Positions 58,558 through 64,000 of a stretch of 64,000 nucleotides of DNA are shown here, piece by piece (the first letter of the stretch is position 1; each line of letters starts with the position of its first letter). The stretch comes from Myxococcota bacterium (GTDB taxonomy: Bacteria > Myxococcota_A > SURF-8), in the NCBI GenBank assembly GCA_965140415.1, contig OZ223209.1, positions 1,984,001 through 2,048,000 of the forward strand, written 5' to 3'. A program made the translations under genes and the position numbers. The notes below the pieces were generated by a model that searched no databases, was not told the origin of the DNA, and saw nothing but the letters and a program-made list of their open reading frames with translations.

Positions 58558-60483
58558 ATGAGTAAACGAAACGCCATCATCGCTCTGATCCTGGTTTTAT
58601 GCCTGTGTGCTTTCATCACCGCTTGTTCATCGGATTCTTCCGAGATCGACGGCGATCAGATCGATGGCGACACGATCGATGGCGATGATTCTGAATCGGA
58701 AGAACTCGAAGGCGAATGCAGCAACGGAGAAGCCTACTGTTCCGAAGATGGGCGTATGCTCGAAATCTGCGAGGATGGTCAGTGGCAGTCGCAGGATTGC
58801 TGGCGTGTTGCAACCGGAAGCTGCGTGGATGGCGCTTGCGTTCCCGTGTGGTCGGCCTGGCAGGGGAAAGGGCTGTTTTCTTCCTGTGAAGACGATCCTC
58901 ACGCCGTGTCCTATTCGCTGGCGGAAAAGGCGGCGCATCTGGACAAACTGATGCCCGCCCTGCACATCTATCCCACGCATGGACTGGTGACGCCTGTTCG
59001 ATTGCGGGAAGATTATTTCAGTGACTGGGCGACTGCCAACGGCACGAGCGTTGATCAGATGACGGAGGCTCAATACCTGCAAGCCGAGGAAGACGCCACC
59101 AAGGATGATGTGATCGCTAGGGATACCGGGGAGAATGACGGCTTGTTTTCCAGTATTTACGTCGCTTCCCAGATTTTGCGCTATGCCGCGACGAAGGAGC
59201 AGGAAGCACTGGAGAACATCAAGTTGTCACTTGGAGGGACATATCGCCAGTTGCTGATTACCGGAACACCGGGAGTGTACACGCGCGAAATTAAAACACC
59301 GGGAGTTCCGGGCATGAGTTGTCCGGAGAACGACTGCCGCTATTTCCCGGACATCAATCGTGACGATATGGATAAGGACGACAATCGCTGGGTGCGCGTG
59401 CAGAATGGCTGTATCCAGCATTTTGGCGGCGAAAACGCCACCTATACCAGCGATACCGAATGCACCGGGGAATGGATCACGGAAGAAACCTGCGGTTTGG
59501 ATGAGTATAATGGTTATTGCTGGCTGGATAACGTCTCGCAGGATGAATACTCCGGTCATATGATGGCGGCGGCGCTGGCGGCGAAACTGGTCGATGATGA
59601 CGAGGTTCAGGCCATCGCCAAGGACATTTACGATCAGGTGCTCAATCATCTGGTAGACAACGACCTGGGGTTGATCGATCACGACGGTCTGACTACCGAG
59701 CATGGGCGTTTCTGGGCCTATTCTCTTACGGATTATCCCGGCTTCAATGCATTGTTCGTTTTAAGCTGGTTTTTGTCCGGTATCGAAGCGACCGGGCAAG
59801 AACGGCTGTTGGAGTATTACGAAAACTGCCTGTGGAAGTCGGAAGGGCCGTCGGATTGCATTCCGCATCTGATGGAGAAACCGGATAAAGCCTACATCGA
59901 ATACATGGAGGAAGCCCTGATTTTGTATGTGGGCGAGAATGCCTGCATGTCCAACTGGAACAACTTCAGTATGGCGTTCTTGTCGATTCTGCCTCTGATC
60001 ATGAACGAGACCGATCCCGTGCGACGCGCCCGTTACCAGTACGTGCTGGAAGAGCATATGATTCGTGAGAAAGTGGCTGGAACGGAGAACTACAACGTGC
60101 GTTCCGTCATCGTGCAGAACAATCCGATGTACAACTTCATCTATGCTGCCATGCGCGACAACAGCGAGGGTCCCGATATTGACGCCGTTAACGGTGCGAT
60201 CTGCCAGCTTCGCCAGTTCCCCATTTCCAAGGCCGATTACGATCGTGACGTTTCCCACGACGGTCGCCCGGAAAATACCGAGTGTACCGCGCGTAATGGC
60301 GGCTATCTGGCCGACACCCCACTGGAAATCTGGCAGCGTTGCCCGCAGACGAACGTTTTCTGGAACAACCCCTACAAATGGGAAAGCTGTTCGGAAAATC
60401 ATAATCGCATCCATCCCGGTTCCGACTACCTATTTACCTATTGGCTGGGGCGTTACTTCGGATTCCTTGGTGAGGCGGATTAG
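58558..60483 (+). CDS. Uncharacterised lipoprotein, paralogue of the C-terminal domain of 53177-55630
   Basis: GGAGG RBS, lipobox ITAC; GENDGLFS, NVSQDE..GH, YWLGRYFGF. Confidence 0.82.
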   Translation: MSKRNAIIALILVLCLCAFITACSSDSSEIDGDQIDGDTIDGDDSESEELEGECSNGEAYCSEDGRMLEICEDGQWQSQDCWRVATGSCVDGACVPVWSAWQGKGLFSSCEDDPHAVSYSLAEKAAHLDKLMPALHIYPTHGLVTPVRLREDYFSDWATANGTSVDQMTEAQYLQAEEDATKDDVIARDTGENDGLFSSIYVASQILRYAATKEQEALENIKLSLGGTYRQLLITGTPGVYTREIKTPGVPGMSCPENDCRYFPDINRDDMDKDDNRWVRVQNGCIQHFGGENATYTSDTECTGEWITEETCGLDEYNGYCWLDNVSQDEYSGHMMAAALAAKLVDDDEVQAIAKDIYDQVLNHLVDNDLGLIDHDGLTTEHGRFWAYSLTDYPGFNALFVLSWFLSGIEATGQERLLEYYENCLWKSEGPSDCIPHLMEKPDKAYIEYMEEALILYVGENACMSNWNNFSMAFLSILPLIMNETDPVRRARYQYVLEEHMIREKVAGTENYNVRSVIVQNNPMYNFIYAAMRDNSEGPDIDAVNGAICQLRQFPISKADYDRDVSHDGRPENTECTARNGGYLADTPLEIWQRCPQTNVFWNNPYKWESCSENHNRIHPGSDYLFTYWLGRYFGFLGEAD

Positions 60484-60489
60484 GGAAGC

Positions 60490-60966
60490 ATGACAGCCTT
60501 TCGAATTATCCTATTGGCGGAAGTTCCTTTCGCCATTCCGGTTCTTGTTCGCCTGTTCGTTGAAGAATGGTATTCCTGGTATGGGCCGGAAGGCTCGGGG
60601 AATGCTGAAGCCGACCTGAAACGGTGCTACAACCGGGAAAAACTCCCGATTGCGTTAGTCGCGTTGAACGCCGAAAGCGAGGTTTTAGGGACGATTTCTC
60701 TGAAACAGGAATCCCTTGGCAGTGAGTATGGTTTCACGCCCTGGGCTGCAGCGATGGTCGTTCAGCCTGCCTATCGACGCCGAGGCGTTGGAAACGCACT
60801 CATCGAAGCGATTGAAAACCTTGGAAAGCGACTTGGATTCGACGCACTCTATGCGTCGACGGACTCCGCCTCCGGCATTCTGTTGAAAAGGAACTGGACA
60901 GCGACGGGACTGACTGCGAAGTCGCAGCGAGGAAGCGTTTCAATTTATGCGAAACTCCTGGTTTAA
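60490..60966 (+). CDS. GNAT family N-acetyltransferase
   Basis: PWAAAMVVQPAYRRRGVGNALI. Confidence 0.9.
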   Translation: MTAFRIILLAEVPFAIPVLVRLFVEEWYSWYGPEGSGNAEADLKRCYNREKLPIALVALNAESEVLGTISLKQESLGSEYGFTPWAAAMVVQPAYRRRGVGNALIEAIENLGKRLGFDALYASTDSASGILLKRNWTATGLTAKSQRGSVSIYAKLLV

Positions 60967-61007
60967 ATTGTTCGGTTTGTAATTTCGGCCAGAGATGCTC
61001 TATGAAT

Positions 61008-61895
61008 TCAGTTTTCCCTGTTGCGGTCGCGGATCAAGCCTTCCTGTGCGGTAGAGGCGATCAGTTTGCCGTCGCGGCTGAAGATGCGACCGAAATTCAA
61101 ACCGCGCGCCCCGGTCGCGCTGGGACTATGCATGGCGTACAGCAGCCAGTCGTCCATTCTGAAATCGTGATGGAACCACATGGCGTGATCCAAACTGGCC
61201 ACCTGCATCGTCGGATCCCAGAACGTTCGGCCGTGTGGATACAACGACGTTCCCACCAGTCCGAAATCCGAGGCATACGCCAGCAGATAGCGGTGAATGA
61301 CCGGGTCGTCCGGGAGTTCCTGTAAGGATTTGAACCAGGCAAAGCGCACCGGCTCCTGTTTCTCCGGGGTGAATGGGTCTACCGGATTGACAGGGCGAAT
61401 GACGATAGGACGGTCACAGAGCAGCTTGTTGCGCAAGAATGCCGGGATTTTGTCTTTGACTTTGCGCGCCAGTTCCAACTCGGAAACGAAGCCTTCCGGG
61501 CCCGGAACCTGCGGCATGACTGCTTGATGCTCGAAACCTCTTTCGCGAAGCTGGAAGGAAGCGGACATTGAAAAGATGGCCCGACCTTTTTGAATGGCCA
61601 CCACGCGCCGGGTGGTGAAGGAGCGACCGTCGCGGATGGGATCAACATCGTAGACAATCGGCAGCTTTGGATCGCCGGGACGAAGGAAATAGGCGTGTAG
61701 ACTGTGTACCGGGCGAGCCTTTTCCACGGTTTGAGAGGCCGCCGACAAAGCCTGCCCGAGCACCTGACCTCCGAAAATATTGCCGAAGCCCAAGTCCTGG
61801 CTTTTACCCCGGAAAATGTTTTCCTCGATCTTTTCCAGGTTGAGTAAGGTCAATAACTCCGCCAATACATTTTTCTGTTTTCCGCATTCCGTCAT
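61008..61895 (-). CDS. tesB: Acyl-CoA thioesterase II
   Basis: FGGQVLGQAL, HSLHAYFLRPG, RDGRSFTTRRV, YASD, ASLDHAMWFH, QEGLIR. Confidence 0.96.
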   Translation of the reverse strand: MTECGKQKNVLAELLTLLNLEKIEENIFRGKSQDLGFGNIFGGQVLGQALSAASQTVEKARPVHSLHAYFLRPGDPKLPIVYDVDPIRDGRSFTTRRVVAIQKGRAIFSMSASFQLRERGFEHQAVMPQVPGPEGFVSELELARKVKDKIPAFLRNKLLCDRPIVIRPVNPVDPFTPEKQEPVRFAWFKSLQELPDDPVIHRYLLAYASDFGLVGTSLYPHGRTFWDPTMQVASLDHAMWFHHDFRMDDWLLYAMHSPSATGARGLNFGRIFSRDGKLIASTAQEGLIRDRNREN

Positions 61896-62190
61896 TGGTT
61901 ACCTCAATAATTCATCGCAAAATCACGCCTTAAAGACGTTTTAGCAGGCCGTTTTCATCCAAGATTATAGTATTATTTCGGTGGAGAACGCAGGCAAATC
62001 TCAATTCTTTTCAGGCTTCTGGTTACCAGCTAGCATTGTTTTTCGTTAATGGAAGCTCGGCAATCATAACCAATTCATTACATTGAAACGAACGAAATCT
62101 AATTGTTCACTCATCAAATCATGACTTAACCCCTGTAGTACATCTACCTGAAGACGTTGACTCGTCAACAATCAAATAGGGAGGATAACC

Positions 62191-63819
62191 ATGATCGCCG
62201 GCGTTCAGAAAAATATTCCGAACATGCAGGGGATATCACTTCACAGTATCGTGGACGTTGTCGCTGTAAAAGTTACGTTGCTGCTTGTGGCGCTATTTCT
62301 AGTTGCCTGCGGGTCATCCGATCAATTGGATGAGGAACCGGTTAGCGAAAGTCAGGAGGAAACGACTGCCGCCGGATATGGAGCGGAACGTTCGAATGTG
62401 TTTGCATCCTGTGACCCCACAACGGATGAACAGTGGATCGATTTCGTTCACGTTGCGGATCTACATGCTCACTACGCGGTGAAGGAGAGTCATCTACAGG
62501 ATAGTCCGTACGCTCGTATCAAGGAGTTTCAGTACGAAATACTTGAAGAGAATCCTTTTACATTGTTAACAGATGGCGGTGACGATCATGAAAAGGGTTC
62601 CGTCGCCGAATTGATCAGCAATGGCGAAAGCACTAAAGAAATTGTGGATGCCATGGATTTCGATTTGCGGGTGATCGGCAATCACGATTTCGCATACGGC
62701 GAAAACCATCTTCTGGAATTTTCAAACGACTTGGACCATGTGGTGCTGGCTTCCAACACGAGCTATACGGGGGGATCTGAAATCGGATTCGGCGCATCGG
62801 AGTTTTCCCTGTTGCGTGTGGGATGTGTCACAATCGGCGTCTTCGGTATGGTTGGAAAACCCTGGAACGAGCATCACCGGCAATACAATGGCCAGTTTAT
62901 GGAAAACTTTGAATCCCGCTTCGACTTGTCCACCCGAGCGACGGAATTGACGAAGAAATTACGTGAAAAGGGTGCGGAACTGGTTGTGATGGTCAGTCAC
63001 CTGGGATTGAGCTTGGATGAGGACGTGGCGCAGAATGTGAATGATGCTTTAGAAGAACAAGGGAAACGCGGTCTGGATGTGATACTGGGTGGCCATTCCC
63101 ATTCCAAATTACGGGAACTTCGCAAGATCGGAGATACCCGCATCGTTCACGCGGGAAGTAAGGCTCAGTACATCGGACATCTTCGAATTCTGGTGAACAA
63201 CGATAGCGGTCAGATTGAAGAAGACGAATTCGAGTTGGTCGACAACGGTCCGGGAAGCCGTGAGCCGGACCCGGTGATGCAGGCCGTTATTGCAGAAGTG
63301 ATGGATACCTACGCTCCTGAAGCCTTTCATGTATTGGGTGCAGTCAGCCGCGATATGGATCATATCGAACTGGGAGATCTGGCAGCCAGAATCGCAAAGG
63401 AACGCCTGGCAGCACAGGCGGCGCTGATTCGCCAGGAAGTCAATACGCCAACCTGGGAAAAGGGGATGTTGACTCAGCAGAACATTCTGGATACGTTCCG
63501 TGTCAACCGCATGCCCAGTGGTACTCCCGGAATAAATAGCTTATTTCTGACTACTCTTCCGGCGGATGACTTATTCAGTCTGTACGATCCGCTGCCAGAT
63601 GGCTGGAGCTTCATTGGCCCGAGTTGCATCAAACCCGGTGTGAGTTACCGTATTGCCATCCAGAAGCGAGCCGCACTAAATCCCGAAGACGAAACGCCGT
63701 TGCCTTTGACATTGACCGATCCACAACCGGTAATGGAATTATGGGAACTGGTCGAGGAATATGCTCGGGAGCGGAATGCGGAAGGACTCTTTTTGGATAG
63801 CGATTCTTCCATATTGTAA
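62191..63819 (+). CDS. Metallophosphoesterase / 5'-nucleotidase-like lipoprotein
   Basis: LVAC lipobox; DLHAH, DGGD, GNHDF, SHLG, GGHSH; start codon uncertain. Confidence 0.88.
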   Translation: MIAGVQKNIPNMQGISLHSIVDVVAVKVTLLLVALFLVACGSSDQLDEEPVSESQEETTAAGYGAERSNVFASCDPTTDEQWIDFVHVADLHAHYAVKESHLQDSPYARIKEFQYEILEENPFTLLTDGGDDHEKGSVAELISNGESTKEIVDAMDFDLRVIGNHDFAYGENHLLEFSNDLDHVVLASNTSYTGGSEIGFGASEFSLLRVGCVTIGVFGMVGKPWNEHHRQYNGQFMENFESRFDLSTRATELTKKLREKGAELVVMVSHLGLSLDEDVAQNVNDALEEQGKRGLDVILGGHSHSKLRELRKIGDTRIVHAGSKAQYIGHLRILVNNDSGQIEEDEFELVDNGPGSREPDPVMQAVIAEVMDTYAPEAFHVLGAVSRDMDHIELGDLAARIAKERLAAQAALIRQEVNTPTWEKGMLTQQNILDTFRVNRMPSGTPGINSLFLTTLPADDLFSLYDPLPDGWSFIGPSCIKPGVSYRIAIQKRAALNPEDETPLPLTLTDPQPVMELWELVEEYARERNAEGLFLDSDSSIL

Positions 63820-63857
63820 TTGCGGGGTGATCGATCGATTCGGGGCTGGGACTACAC

Positions 63858-64000
63858 TCAGGTTTTATTGCGGTCGATCAGCTTCCGCACCGTGTCCACC
63901 AGGTTACGACCCCCGGCGGTGAAGCCGGTCAGTAACTCGACACGCTGCACGAGTCGGGAGGCGGCACGCCGCTCCGCAGCGCTTTCGCCGTTTTTCTTAA
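63858..64000 (-). CDS. 3' end of an unidentified gene entering from the right edge
   Basis: Open frame KKNGESAAERRAASRLVQRVELLTGFTAGGRNLVDTVRKLIDRNKT-stop. Confidence 0.45.
   Translation of the reverse strand, partial: KKNGESAAERRAASRLVQRVELLTGFTAGGRNLVDTVRKLIDRNKT

Overview
Chromosomal segment of a Gram-negative bacterium. The gene set (ZnR-GYF-TPR protein, vWA/Ig lipoprotein, TIGR02147-like gene, hcp, larA) suggests a deltaproteobacterial/Myxococcota-like organism; this is inference. A housekeeping scaffold (lolA partial, ftsK, M23 peptidase, yhbY, tRNA-Arg/tRNA-Val, larA, rrf2-hcp, gyrA, slt, hflKC, tesB) is interleaved with about a dozen predicted lipoproteins. Most are uncharacterised, many carry acidic DGD-repeat linkers and several are extremely Cys-rich. 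Highlights: (1) two paralogous lipoproteins ending in a 26-aa module with the cysteine spacing of omega-conotoxin MVIIA; (2) an unannotated small membrane ORF with an in-frame UGA followed by a SECIS-like hairpin (candidate selenoprotein); (3) a tail-fibre-like secreted protein with 102-bp repeats and a possibly circularly permuted tip; (4) three divergent paralogues of an uncharacterised secreted helical enzyme family; (5) an MmeI-like type IIL R-M gene with an apparently swapped specificity segment; (6) a candidate Rrf2 operator and REP-like elements. No CRISPR array, integrase, transposase, reverse transcriptase or prophage core was seen. All calls are from motif reading and recall; no searches were run.
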